NCBI GenBank assembly: GCA_965262115.1
Contig: OZ253496.1
Location: 1,088,001-1,152,000 of the forward strand
Source of the DNA: Nitrospinales bacterium
GTDB lineage: Bacteria; Nitrospinota; Nitrospinia; Nitrospinales; VA-1
Direction: 5' to 3'
DNA length: 64,000 nucleotides
The notes under the pieces are model-generated. The model was not told where the DNA came from. It worked only from the letters and a program-made list of their open reading frames with translations, and made no database searches. Of the stretch, positions 49,344-59,995 are shown one piece after another. Within the stretch, counting starts at the first letter, position 1, and the number at the start of each line of letters is the position of its first letter. The translations under genes and the position numbers were made by a program.

Positions 49344-49979
49344 ATGGCTATAAGATTAGGAGATACCGCACCGGATTTCACAGCAGAAACCACCGAGGGC
49401 ACCATTGAGCTGCATAAATACCTGGGCGACGGCTGGGGGGTTTTGTTTTCCCATCCCAAAGACTACACCCCGGTTTGTACTACGGAACTGGGCCGGGTGG
49501 CCAATCTGAAAAGTGAATTTGACAAACGCAATGTCAAGGTTCTTGCCTTGAGCGTAGACCCTGTGGATTCGCACAAGGGATGGATCAATGACATTAACGA
49601 GACACAAGGTTGCACGGTGAATTACCCCATCATTGCCGACCCGGATAAAAAAATCGCTGAACTGTATGACATGATTCATCCGAATGCACTGAACAACCTG
49701 ACCGTTCGATCTGTATTCATCATCGGGCCTGACAAAAAAGTCAAGTTGACGATCACCTACCCCGCTTCAACGGGTAGAAACTTTGCTGAGATTCTGCGTG
49801 TTATCGATTCACTGCAACTCACCGCCAATTATCAGGTCGCCACACCGGTCGACTGGAAACATGGCGATGACTGCGTGGTCGTTCCCGCAATCAAGACGGA
49901 AGATATTCCCGCAAAGTTCCCCAAGGGACACAAAGTGATCAAACCCTATTTGCGCACCACACCGCAACCTGACCTGTAG
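49344..49979 (+). CDS. 1-Cys peroxiredoxin (Prx6)
   Basis: FSHP.DYTPVCTTE, YPASTGRNF.E and ATPVDW. Confidence 0.95.
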   Translation: MAIRLGDTAPDFTAETTEGTIELHKYLGDGWGVLFSHPKDYTPVCTTELGRVANLKSEFDKRNVKVLALSVDPVDSHKGWINDINETQGCTVNYPIIADPDKKIAELYDMIHPNALNNLTVRSVFIIGPDKKVKLTITYPASTGRNFAEILRVIDSLQLTANYQVATPVDWKHGDDCVVVPAIKTEDIPAKFPKGHKVIKPYLRTTPQPDL

Positions 49980-50000
49980 ACGGTTTTGATTTCCAGCATG

Positions 50001-50030
50001 GCCGGGCAGAAATGCCCGGCTTTGTTTTTT
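50001..50030 (+). terminator. Rho-independent terminator
   Basis: GCCGGGCA-GAAA-TGCCCGGC followed by TTTGTTTTTT. Confidence 0.8.
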
Positions 50031-50035
50031 ATGCC

Positions 50036-50926
50036 ATGAGCAATCAAAAGGCCTTGGGCCAAATTTCATACTTGATCCAATTGTTGACCGACCGGGACGA
50101 ATTCGTCCGGGAAAAGGTTCGCCTGCAGTTGATCGAACTGGGGGAAGACACCTTACCCTTTCTGGAAATGGCGGCCCGCAGCGAAGATGCCCCTCTCCGA
50201 GTTCAGGCGCAGGAAGTGATCCGCGCGATTTTTCCAAAAAAGCTGGGGGAAAAGTTCCGGCAATTGACACAAAAAGGACTGGGTCGGGATGTCAACCTGG
50301 AAACAGGAATGCTGTTGATCATGGAATTTGGTTATCCTGATTTTGATCCTGAAGCCTGCAGGGAAAACCTTGATTCCCTGGCACACCAGCTGGAGCAGAA
50401 CCTCGCTCCAGATACTAATCCTTCCCAAACCATTTCCGCATTGACCCGCCTACTTTTCCAACAGGAAAATTTCAGGGGCAACCAGAAAAATTATCTGGAT
50501 CCGGACAACAGTTATCTCAACAAGGTTCTGGAACATAAAACTGGTTTACCCATCACCCTTTCAGCCCTCTGTGTACTGGTTGCGGACCGACTGGGTTTGC
50601 CAATCGTTGGCGTGGGCCTTCCGGGCCATTACATTGCAAAATACAATCTTCCGCAAAACGCGATTTATTTCGATCCGTTCCATCAGGGCCGCCTGCTGAC
50701 CCGCGCGGACTGTATTCAAATTGTTGAACAATTTGGCCAACCTTTTGAAGAACATTTCCTGTCTCAGTCCACGCACCGGGAAACGCTGATCCGAATGATG
50801 AATAATCTGGTTCAGGTGTATCAGAGCTCTAATGAGCCGGAAAAAGCCGCGACCTTATCGGGGTATATCAAGATTCTGTTGAATCCTTCTAAAAATCCCT
50901 TTTCAGAAAACACCCAGGGAATATAA
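50036..50926 (+). CDS. SirB1/YchA-family transglutaminase-like protein with HEAT-like N-terminus
   Basis: F.GN...Y.DPDNSYL..VL....G.PITL, G.G.PGHY, RMMNNL. Confidence 0.85.
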   Translation: MSNQKALGQISYLIQLLTDRDEFVREKVRLQLIELGEDTLPFLEMAARSEDAPLRVQAQEVIRAIFPKKLGEKFRQLTQKGLGRDVNLETGMLLIMEFGYPDFDPEACRENLDSLAHQLEQNLAPDTNPSQTISALTRLLFQQENFRGNQKNYLDPDNSYLNKVLEHKTGLPITLSALCVLVADRLGLPIVGVGLPGHYIAKYNLPQNAIYFDPFHQGRLLTRADCIQIVEQFGQPFEEHFLSQSTHRETLIRMMNNLVQVYQSSNEPEKAATLSGYIKILLNPSKNPFSENTQGI

Positions 50927-51664
50927 ATGCATATTGTTATTTCAGGAGCCGGTTCGGGGATCGGCAGAAGTATTGCTGAAACTCTGGCAGAGCGTGGATA
51001 CTCTCTTATTCTGTTAGGACGCAATCTGGAAAATCTGGAAACCACAAAAAGTTTATTGAAAAACTCCGGACAGCACCAATGCCACACCTGTGATATCAGA
51101 AACTCCGGAGAAATCAGAAAGGCCCTGGCAAATGTTTCTTCTCTATATGCACTCGTCGCCAACGCCGGTATTGGAGGTGAAAACCAATATGCAGACCAGG
51201 ATCGCTGGCAAGAAATTGTTGACACCAACCTGACCGGAACTTATCAGACCATTCAGGAATGCCTTCCCTTTATTAAAAAGGATTCCGCACCGTTCAAAAA
51301 AATTATTATCATCTCATCCATTCTGGCAAGGTTAGGGGTTCCGGGCTATTCCGCGTCTAAAGCGGGGTTGCTGGGGCTCACCCGATCTCTGGCAGCAGAG
51401 TACAGCGGCGATAGAATTCTGGTGAATGCCTTGTGTCCTGGTTGGGTCGATACCGAAATGGCGCAGGAAGGCTTAGAGGGATTTGCCGACGCATTGAAGG
51501 TTTCCAAAGATGAGGCCTATAAAGAAGCTATGAAGCAGGTGCCATTGGGCAAGATGTCCAAACCCGAATAAGTCGCCCAACTGGTTGCCTATCTGGTTTC
51601 TGCAGAACAAACTTCCTTCACTGGGCAAACTCTAGACATAAACAACGGCGCCCTCATGCCCTAA
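50927..51664 (+). pseudogene. SDR oxidoreductase with an in-frame TAA
   Basis: SGAGSGIG, NAGI, YSASK; TAA at 51569-51571 followed in frame by VAQLVAYLVS....FTGQTLDINNG. Confidence 0.8.
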
Positions 51665-51727
51665 ATACCTCAAAGCCAAATAACCCCTCCCCTAAGAAAA
51701 CAATTTCTTACCCATCTTCCTTAAACG

Positions 51728-52255
51728 CTACAGACTCCTCAGGCGAGGATTGTTTTGATCCTTTTCAGAGAGAACGGGATCTGATATCGGCCAGTCAATC
51801 CCAATATCTGGATCGTTCCAGATAATTCCTTTTTCTTTTTCTGCTGAATAGTATTCAGAAACTTTATACAAAAACTCCGCCGTATTACTGAGCACACAAA
51901 ACCCGTGGGCAAAGCCTGCCGGGATATAAAGCTGAAGATAGCTGACCTCCGACAAAATAAAACTCTGCCATTTGCCAAAAGTGGCAGAGCTTTTTCTGAT
52001 ATCCACGACCACATCAAACACTTCACCTTTAACCACTCTGACCAGCTTGGCCTGTTCAGGGTCAACGCGATAGTGGAGCCCCCTTAAAACATTTTTATTG
52101 GAGAGAGATTGGTTATCCTGAACGAATTCTTCCTGGATTCCCAACGCGCGGTATTTTTCCTTTTCATAACTCTCAAAAAACCGCCCCCGGGAATCAAGGT
52201 GAACAGCGGGCTCAATGAGCAAAACCCCTTCAAGTTCAATTTGGTGGGCTTTCAA
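51728..52255 (-). CDS. rfbC: dTDP-4-dehydrorhamnose 3,5-epimerase
   Basis: DSRG.FFE, QDN.S.S, RGLH, QAKLV, GFAHGF. Confidence 0.95.
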   Translation of the reverse strand: MKAHQIELEGVLLIEPAVHLDSRGRFFESYEKEKYRALGIQEEFVQDNQSLSNKNVLRGLHYRVDPEQAKLVRVVKGEVFDVVVDIRKSSATFGKWQSFILSEVSYLQLYIPAGFAHGFCVLSNTAEFLYKVSEYYSAEKEKGIIWNDPDIGIDWPISDPVLSEKDQNNPRLRSL

Positions 52256-52399
52256 AATTTCTCCTGTACAAAAAGTTACCCCTTGGCAGGGAAGGCCGGT
52301 TGCAAGAGATCACCAAGCCGAGACAAATCTTTGCCAGCCCAATAAAACCATTGCTCTTTACCACCGGGCGTTGCCCGGCGCCGAGTGGCCCCTTAGCAG

Positions 52400-52568
52400 G
52401 AGAGCTTTGCATAACCCAAGATTCTTCGTTGCAATAGCTCCTCAGAATGACAAAATGGCCCAGTATTGTCATGCTGAGCTAGTGAATATTCGACCTTTGC
52501 CTTCTTGCCCCGTAGGGGTATCTCGAAGCATCTCGATTCTTCGATTTTTTGACTTATGCAAAGGTCTC
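52400..52568. mobile_element. MITE copy 3 (169 bp, opposite orientation) carrying a 40-nt insertion at 52481-52520
   Basis: Same terminal repeats; perfect 9-bp duplication CCTTAGCAG; exactly 40 nt longer than copy 2. Confidence 0.9.
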
Positions 52569-52864
52569 CCTTAGCAGGGGAAGCAAAAAGAACTTGCCTC
52601 ATTAGCCGTCAATAATTCCCGCCTGCCAGCAAACTTTATTGCACGCTGGCCCCACGCCGAGTGGGCGGAGAACCTCCGCAGGTAACTGGTAATAGCGGTT
52701 AAATGCGCTCTGAAAGTGTGGGGTAGCTATAGAATGTTTGCTCGTTGGCCCCACGCCTAGTGGATTATATAACGCAATTCAGGGCTTAGCAAACAACATT
52801 GAAGATGGGAAACGCCTCTGTTAATATCAGGTTTTACCTTGAAACCTTTTAAGCAAAGCTTCGA

Positions 52865-53593
52865 ATGAGAATAATACCAGCAGTAGATATAAAAGAAGGA
52901 AGGTGTGTGCGCCTTGCTCAGGGAAAAGCGGACCAGGAAACCGTTTATTCTAATGATCCCGTCTCGATGGCCAATCATTGGGATGAAGAAGGGGCGCAGA
53001 CTATTCACGTTGTAGACCTTGATGGCGCCTTCCAGGGCTCACCCATCAACGCTGAAATTGTAAAAAACATTATCTACAGCAGCTCTGTAGATATACAAGT
53101 CGGAGGGGGAATCCGAACTCTTGAAACCATCGAAGCGTATGTTAAAGCTGGCGCATACCGGATTATTTTGGGCACTGTTGCTCAGAAGGAACCGGAGTTT
53201 GTGGAAGAGGCTTGTCGACGTTTCCCCGATAAAATTATTGTCGGCATTGATGCCCGGGACGGTTTAGTGGCTGTGAAAGGTTGGGTGGAAGTTTCAGAGC
53301 AAAAAGCCACCGACCTCGCCCAGAAAATGAAGGGCTATGGAATTGCCGGGTTTATCTTCACCGATATCAGCCGCGACGGCATGCTTCAGGGTCCTAACCT
53401 GGAAAGCATCAAAGAGTTTGCCGAGTCCGCGCAATTACCCGTGATCGCGTCAGGGGGAGTGAGCCGTCTGGAAGACATCACAAACCTGGCCAAGCTGGAG
53501 TCCTATGGTGTTGAAGGCGTGATCATTGGTAAAGCCCTATACGACAAAACCCTTTCCTTCAAGGAGGCGCGAGACGTTCTTCATGCTGGCTAA
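52865..53593 (+). CDS. hisA: ProFAR isomerase
   Basis: IIPAVD...[29 protein letters not shown]. Confidence 0.96.
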   Translation: MRIIPAVDIKEGRCVRLAQGKADQETVYSNDPVSMANHWDEEGAQTIHVVDLDGAFQGSPINAEIVKNIIYSSSVDIQVGGGIRTLETIEAYVKAGAYRIILGTVAQKEPEFVEEACRRFPDKIIVGIDARDGLVAVKGWVEVSEQKATDLAQKMKGYGIAGFIFTDISRDGMLQGPNLESIKEFAESAQLPVIASGGVSRLEDITNLAKLESYGVEGVIIGKALYDKTLSFKEARDVLHAG

Positions 53594-54428
53594 ACGCATC
53601 ATACCCTGTCTGGATGTCAAAGATGGCCGCGTGGTCAAGGGGGTCAACTTTGTCAATCTCCGCGATGCCGGCGACCCGGTTGAAATCGCTTCTGCCTACG
53701 AACTGGAAGGTGCCGACGAACTCACCTTTTTAGACATCACCGCTTCACACGAAAAACGCGATATTATTCTGGATGTGGTCGCCCGCACTGCCGAAAAGGT
53801 GTTCATGCCTTTGACAGTTGGCGGAGGCGTACGCACTCTGGATGATATTCGAAATCTTTTGAAAGCCGGCGCTGATAAAGTCGCCATCAACACTGCCGCC
53901 GTTAAGGACCCGGATTTCGTACAACGCGCGGCAAAACGTTTTGGCAGTCAATGCATTGTTGTCGCCATTGATGCCAAAGAGGTACAATCTTCCCGGTCTC
54001 AACCTATACATCCCGAATGGGCTTTAGAGCATCCGGAACTGTTACTGGAGCAATCCGATTCATCTCCCGCCTGGGAAGTCTACACGCATGGAGGAAGAAA
54101 CCCGACCGGAATTCATGTTCAAAGATGGGCTCAAAAAATGGACTCTTATGGAGCAGGAGAAATTTTGCTCACCAGCATGGACCGCGATGGCACCAAAGCC
54201 GGGTACGATATCGAACTCAACAAAACGGTTTCAGAATCGGTCACCATTCCCGTTATCGCTTCAGGAGGAGCGGGAACCCTTGAGCACTTATATGAAGGTA
54301 TTGTAAAAGGAAAAGCCTCCGCCGTGCTGGCCGCTTCCATTTTTCACTTTAAGGAATTTACTATTCAGGAAACCAAGGCTTACCTGCAATCCAAAGGTGT
54401 GACGGTCAGACCCGGGCAACCTGCTTGA
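53583..54428 (+). CDS. hisF: Imidazole glycerol phosphate synthase cyclase subunit
   Basis: [40 protein letters not shown]. Confidence 0.97.
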   Translation: MLAKRIIPCLDVKDGRVVKGVNFVNLRDAGDPVEIASAYELEGADELTFLDITASHEKRDIILDVVARTAEKVFMPLTVGGGVRTLDDIRNLLKAGADKVAINTAAVKDPDFVQRAAKRFGSQCIVVAIDAKEVQSSRSQPIHPEWALEHPELLLEQSDSSPAWEVYTHGGRNPTGIHVQRWAQKMDSYGAGEILLTSMDRDGTKAGYDIELNKTVSESVTIPVIASGGAGTLEHLYEGIVKGKASAVLAASIFHFKEFTIQETKAYLQSKGVTVRPGQPA

Positions 54429-55359
54429 CCCCACAGTGTTTCAACTCCAGGGTTTTGGATTTGCTGTCCAGAATCGCGGATGTCTCCAAAGGAAGGGTCC
54501 AGACCTCTTTTCCATGACCTATGGGACAGTGAGTCAAAATCGGGAATCCTGGTTTTGGAAAAAGGTCCGCAAGAATATCTTCAATCGCCCCGTCGCCATT
54601 GCGTTGCGGACGGCAGTTGACCATTTCCCCGAAAATTAACCCGCGCACTCCTTTAAACATCCCCGCATTTTTTAACTGCCACAGCATTCCATCAATCCGG
54701 TACAAAGGCTCGTTGACATCTTCTATCAATAAAATCCTGTTCCGGGTGTTAATTTCATAGGGGGTGTTTAATGAACGGCACAACAATGTCAAACAGCCCC
54801 CGGTAATTTTACCTTGAGCCACTCCTTGGGAAAACACCTTCGCCCTGGGAGAATGAAATACCTTGCCCTTGGCATCGCCGGTCAACAATGCCTTAAATTG
54901 TCGGCGTGACTTTTTCATTTCAGCCCGGCCAAAACTCCCGGCAATCATCGGGCCGTGAAACGCGACCAGCCCGCATTCTTGCACCAGAAAATGGAGTAGC
55001 AAGGTTATATCGCTGGACCCCACCACGACTTTTGCATGAGCTCTTATCTCATCAGGCTTAAGATGAGGGAGAACGCGATTAGCGCCATACCCCCCGCGGG
55101 CGCAAAAAATTGCCCGGACCTCGGGGTTTCTGAACATATCCATGAGATCCTGGGCTCGATCCTTATCGGGGCCAGCCATAAAACGGGAACGGGCATAAAT
55201 ATGCCTGCTCAACAAGGGCTCAAACCCCATGGTGCGGATCACTTCCAATCCGGTTTCCAACTGCCCCCTGTCCACTGGCCCGGCAGGGGCCACCACACCA
55301 ACAACATCTCCCTCTCTCAATGAGGGCGGCCGGATGATGGAACGAAGCGAATTCGACAT
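54406..55359 (-). CDS. ldcA: LD-carboxypeptidase (peptidase S66)
   Basis: ARGGYG, G.SDIT, IEDV.E and GH catalytic motifs. Confidence 0.88.
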   Translation of the reverse strand: MSNSLRSIIRPPSLREGDVVGVVAPAGPVDRGQLETGLEVIRTMGFEPLLSRHIYARSRFMAGPDKDRAQDLMDMFRNPEVRAIFCARGGYGANRVLPHLKPDEIRAHAKVVVGSSDITLLLHFLVQECGLVAFHGPMIAGSFGRAEMKKSRRQFKALLTGDAKGKVFHSPRAKVFSQGVAQGKITGGCLTLLCRSLNTPYEINTRNRILLIEDVNEPLYRIDGMLWQLKNAGMFKGVRGLIFGEMVNCRPQRNGDGAIEDILADLFPKPGFPILTHCPIGHGKEVWTLPLETSAILDSKSKTLELKHCGVKQVARV

Positions 55360-55420
55360 TACAAATTACCTTTGAAGGATTACAATACCGGCCTCAATGA
55401 ACCTTATCCTTTATTGACAA

Positions 55421-55790
55421 ATGATTTCCGTCACCGCTATCATTCAAGCCGGAATGGGGCCTGCCCGGTTTCCCGGTAAAAGCCTGCGCCCGATTGCAGG
55501 CCTACCCTGCTGGAGCATATCATTATTCGTTTAAAACAGGTGCCGGAAATTGCCGGATTCATTGCGCAAGTCTCCCCCGCCATCTCTTGGCATAGAAAGG
55601 CAACCGGACTCCAGTTTGCTCACTCCTGCAATTTTCCCAAGACAGGTAGGGAATACCTATTGTCCGCAATGTCGGAAACTTCTGCTCGAAAGAATCGGGT
55701 TTCAGGTCTTAAGCCTTCATTTAAAAGGATACCGTTGCCCCTTCTGTAATGTTATGACGCCAAGCCGACGGGTTAATTTTGTTCATAAAA
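55421..55790 (+). pseudogene. Deletion-fused remnants: SpsF-like cytidylyltransferase N-terminus plus AmmeMemoRadiSam radical SAM C-terminus
   Basis: AIIQA.MG..RFPGK.L..IAG.P / LLEHII.RLK joined to EIAGFIA..SP.I.WH and NTYCPQC..LL.ER.GF....CPFC. Confidence 0.6.
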
Positions 55791-55907
55791 CACCATCCCG
55801 ATCATGGCCGTTGGTATAAAAGCAGCCTTCGGTACTATTTCTCGCGAAATTAACGTTCCTGAACAGTCTTTTAGCAATATCCAATTTAAACATTAAAAGA
55901 ACCCCTT

Positions 55908-56409
55908 ATGACTGAAGACCAAAAGAAAAAACTGGAACAACAGCTTTGGAATATCGCCAATACATCACTCAGGAGCAAAATTATCTGGATGCGGTGATCG
56001 GCCTGTCCGCCAATCTGTTTTACGGCACCAGCATTCCGGCCTGTATTCTGGTGTTCAAGAAATGCCGTGTGCATGACGACGATATTCTGTTCATTGACGC
56101 CAGCCAACATTTCGAGAAGGTCGGCAACCAGAACGCGCTGACCGATGACCACGTTGCAAAGATTGTCGAGACCTATCAGAACCGCGAGAACATCGACAAA
56201 TACGCCTATGCAGCACACCACTCTCTGAAGTCAAAGAAAACGACTATAACCTCAATATCCCGCGCTACGTGGATACGTTCGAGGAAGAGGAGCCGGTGGA
56301 TATCGAGGCGGTTGCGGCGGAGCTGAAATCACTGGAAGCAGATATGAAGGATACCGATGCAGCCATTGTCGGATTTTGCAAGGAGCTGAGCATTCCCGGC
56401 CCGTTTTAA
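55908..56409 (+). pseudogene. hsdM: Type I restriction-modification methyltransferase remnant, internally deleted
   Basis: MTEDQKKKLEQQLWNIAN joined to LDAVIGL.ANLFYGTSIP, FIDAS, and frameshifted YNLNI.RYVDTFEEEE. Confidence 0.85.
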
Positions 56410-56415
56410 TGAATC

Positions 56416-56910
56416 ATGAGCGATATGAAAAATAAAGAAGTTGCTATTTATCAGGCTGAAAGTGGCGCGATTCAATTGCGCTCGGATATTGTTGCGGAAA
56501 CGATATGGGCAACGCAAAAACAGATAGCTGATATATTTTGCGTAAAGATACCGGCGATTAGCAAGCACATTAAAAACATACTGGGAGAAAGCGAATTGGA
56601 CTATTCAACTATTTCCATTTTGGAAATAGTTCAACAGAAGGGTCAACGCGAGGTTAAGCGCGAAGTGGAGCATTATAACCTCGATATGCTTATCTCGATT
56701 GGCTATCGTGTTAACTCCAAAACCGCCACCAGATTTTGCCAATGGGCCACCCAAACCCTGAAGCAGCACATCACCCAGGGCTATACCCTTAACCAACATC
56801 TGCTGGATGAAAAACGCATCAGTGCCGAACAAATTATCAATAACACTCAGCAACTCTCGCAGGGCAATAGTCAAATACAGCCCGATGATGTGTTGGAACT
56901 GGTAAAAGCC
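56416..56910 (+). pseudogene. RhuM-family (RhuM-Fic) protein, N-terminal part
   Basis: ETIWATQKQIA.IF, I.KHIKNI, YNLD..ISIGYRVNS..AT.F..WA. Confidence 0.85.
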
Positions 56911-57129
56911 GGTAGAAGCTTGAAGTCCACTTCGCAGGACCCCTTGGCAGCGATGCAAACTCTGATCCTCAATCTCTCCGGGGCATGAATTGATCTTCCC
57001 CTCTCATGAGGGGAGGCAAGGCGTAGCCGCGGAGGGGTGTGGATTATTTTTACGGAATTCATAATCCAACCCTCCCCTAACCCCTCCCTATGAAGGGAGG
57101 GGGGATTTCTGCTTCCGCCTTTCTCAAAG

Positions 57130-57168
57130 TACCCCTGCGGGGCATGAAATTAATGTTGGGAATATCAC
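57130..57168 (+). repeat. 40-nt element copy
   Basis: TACCCCTGCGGGGCATGAAATTAATGTTGGGAATATCAC. Confidence 0.75.
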
Positions 57169-57190
57169 GTCTCCACTACGTTCGCAATGA

Positions 57191-57233
57191 CAACCCAGGC
57201 AACCCAGGCAACCCAGGCAACCCAGGCAACCCC
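57191..57233 (+). repeat. Tandem 9-mer (CAACCCAGG) x4.8
   Basis: Read directly; lies between CGTTCGCAATGAC and CGTTCAGGATGAC REP ends. Confidence 0.9.
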
Positions 57234-57321
57234 ACGTTCAGGATGACGATGCAAGGCTGGGGGTTGCCGGAAGCGCGGCTTTAGCCGCACCGCCTAAACA
57301 CACACTCTTCGCGTCCTCAAA

Positions 57322-59158
57322 TTAAAACCGAACCCTCAGCCCCAGATAACCCGATATGGATTCCGTGCCGCCCGTGCCATTGTGATATTCCACATCGCTG
57401 ACCAGGTTGATCGTTTTCCTGACGGCGTAACGCAGACTGGCACCCACATACCCGGCGGGGATGGTCTCGTCACCCGGCACCCGGTAAGAGATTGAATCAC
57501 CTCCGCCCAGGCTGACACCGGCATTGTCATCACCATAATGCGTGAACGTAGCGCCGCCGCGCACCTCAAGCTCTCCCCGGTCCTCGGTAAAGGATTGCGC
57601 CAGCGCCAGTTGCAGGCGGCTGTCGAAAATATGCACATCCCGGCCATCGAAGCGTAAATCGGAGTTTGCCGTGCCGCTCTCGGTGTAACCGCTGTAATGA
57701 CCGTAGGTATAAGCGGCCCGTGCGCTGGGCCGGAACTCAAAGCCGTCTCCCAGATCATGGGACCACGCAAGGGACAGGGACGGGCTGATATAGAAGCTGT
57801 GGTAACTGCCGTCAGCGGTTCCATCCCCTTCGAGGTTGTCGAACACGGAGCGGTCGCTGTTATGGCTTTCATAGCCGCCGACCACCGATCCGCTCAAGCC
57901 CCAGCCACCACCCAGAATCCGCTCTGCCCGTAAGCGCCGACAAACCCGCTGTTGGTGTCGGTCTCAATCGATCTGGCATCGGTTTCAATGTGCCCACGGC
58001 TGCCCCCGGCAAACAGACCAACACGCTGGCCGCTGTCCAGGCGGATGTCGTAGCCCCCGACCGCGCCAAAACGGTGGCTCGACCAAGCCTGCGCCAGGCC
58101 GTCAGCGTCACGCTCGCTCCCGGCACCGAAAAAAGTACCCCAGCCGCCTGCTGTCCTTCCAGCAGTGCCTCTCATCCCCGCCGGGGGGGGGGGGGGGGGG
58201 GGTTGCCCAACCGCTGAAACACCAACTGGTGGAGCTGACTTGTAGCCGTACCCAGCACCACGCGTTCGGCGGACGAGCCTGTCGGGTCGATCACAGCCAC
58301 GGTATCGCCATTCCGCACGGCCAATTCCCCCAGATTGAAGGTATCAGCCCCCTCAATGGTGTAAGTCCGCGACGGGGCCGCAGCGTTCGTTATAATGTTG
58401 GCAATATCATTGTCGGGAACAAACATAGGGGCAGGGGCGTCAGTGCCATCTATAAGGGGGGCAACTTTCTCTCCCAGATCAATGCGTCCGCGGATTTGCG
58501 CTCCGGGCAGCAGGGTCAGCGTTTGATTTGCGTCATCTCCGCCTCTTATCGCATGGGAACCCGCGCCGGTGGCAGACACGCTGCCGCTGATGGTGATCGC
58601 GCCACTACCCCTCGAGAAAATGCCGTCAGCCATATCCCCGCTCGTTGTGATTGAGCCGCTGTTGACAGCCATCCCTCTACTCCCCCCTTCCGCAAACATA
58701 CCGTGTGCACCGGCCCCTGTGGTTGAAATGGTGCCGCTGTTGGTAGTCGTACCTCCACTCACCCCACCCAAATAAACACCGTGAGCACTCGCCCCACCCG
58801 TTTCTATTGTGCCGATGTTGGTAGTCTTTGCGTTATTGGCAGTCGCGGAAATGCCGTCAGATTCATCGCCTGTGGTTGCTATTGAGCCGCTATTGGTATT
58901 AGTTGCGCCGACACCCTGCGAGAAAATGCCGTAAGCATTATCGCCGCTCGTTGTGATTGAGCCGCTGTTGGTGACGGTATCGGATATAACCGTAGCCGTT
59001 CTAGTCTCCCCCTCAGCAATGGTAACGGATTGCGCGAGCGCATTCCCGGCCCCAAGAAACGTGCAGGAGACGGTGATCACGGCGGCGCAAAACAACCAAA
59101 ATATCCCGCTCTGTTCAACATTTTTCTCTATCCCGCTATTCGATTGCGACACAAGCAT
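57322..59158 (-). pseudogene. Autotransporter (type Va), split by two frameshifts
   Basis: Signal peptide ALA-Q; NSGSITTSGD.A.GI passenger repeats; beta-barrel with YTESG and terminal GLRVRF; frameshifts at the C20 tract and near 57900. Confidence 0.85.
58183..58202 (+). repeat. G20 homopolymer inside the autotransporter
   Basis: Direct count. Confidence 0.9.
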
Positions 59159-59295
59159 TTATCCTCTGACTTTAACATCTGATTAACTCTAACTCTTTTT
59201 ACAAACCCTGATGATTCTAGCATCAAAGGCATGCCTTCTCAAACAACTTAAACAGCCTCTAACCTGCTGTTTCGTATGCCTTAATCATACTGGGT

Positions 59296-59317
59296 GGGGG
59301 GGGGGGGGGGGGGGGGG
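59296..59317 (+). repeat. G22 homopolymer upstream of the autotransporter
   Basis: Direct count. Confidence 0.9.
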
Positions 59318-59389
59318 TAAAACGCCGCCCGGATTCCTTTAAAAACAGCCCAAAACCCGCAAAGAAAAAGCCAACCCTTTAAAGACCTA

Positions 59390-59540
59390 ACTCAAAGCCA
59401 AAGGCGAAGCCGCGATCTGTTTGCGCAGGAGAAAACCAAAGACACATTGACAGGCATTATGGGTAACGTTATGCAGAGTGTGTCTGGTAAGGAGGCCTAC
59501 CCCAGCATTGAAGAAAAAGCGGCACACCTGCTTTATTTTA
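59390..59540 (+). pseudogene. Continuation of the RhuM-Fic gene (start of the Fic/Doc domain)
   Basis: KAKGEA / DLFAQEK..LTGIMGNVMQS..G.EAYPSIEEKAAHLLYF. Confidence 0.75.
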
Positions 59541-59854
59541 GGGGCTGACCCAGATAACGCTATTCAGGTGTTATTATGGTGGTTGTGAGGAAGAGCCGAC
59601 TAAGTAAGTAAGATAAAGCAGGATAGATTGATGGAGCATTTTGTAGCGGGAACAACAGCATGAACAGCAACCGGTTTTTGCGGGGTGAACCGCAAAACGC
59701 TGGCGCGTAAATTCAATGGTGTCCCAAAGGCCCGATTCTGGGTAGATTTGAAGGAATGTGAGCGGCGTTTTAATAACAGTGGTCCGCCAAGCTAATTATC
59801 GTAATTAAAACAATTTGTTAGATAGTATTTGATCTGTTTTGCCGGGTCAGTCCA
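59541..59854 (+). mobile_element. Internally deleted IS1595-family (IS1016-like) element
   Basis: GGGGCTGACCCAGATAA left end and degenerate GGGTCAGTCC right end; RKSRLS, QDRLMEHFVAGTTA, CGVNRKT and LKECERRFN fragments. Confidence 0.75.
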
Positions 59855-59995
59855 AATTTTTAATTGAAAACCATGAATGCCCTGTGATAGTTTTCCCGTA
59901 CGTAAATTTCCTGCATGGTGGTTCACTTCCAGTTTTCTGCTTTACCAAAGAGTTAAAGACCCCTTGGAAAGATTACAGTCATATGGAGAATCGGG

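Noticed and set aside
57090..57284. 64-aa ORF with NPG repeats
   Set aside because: It arises from the 9-mer tandem repeat and REP sequences
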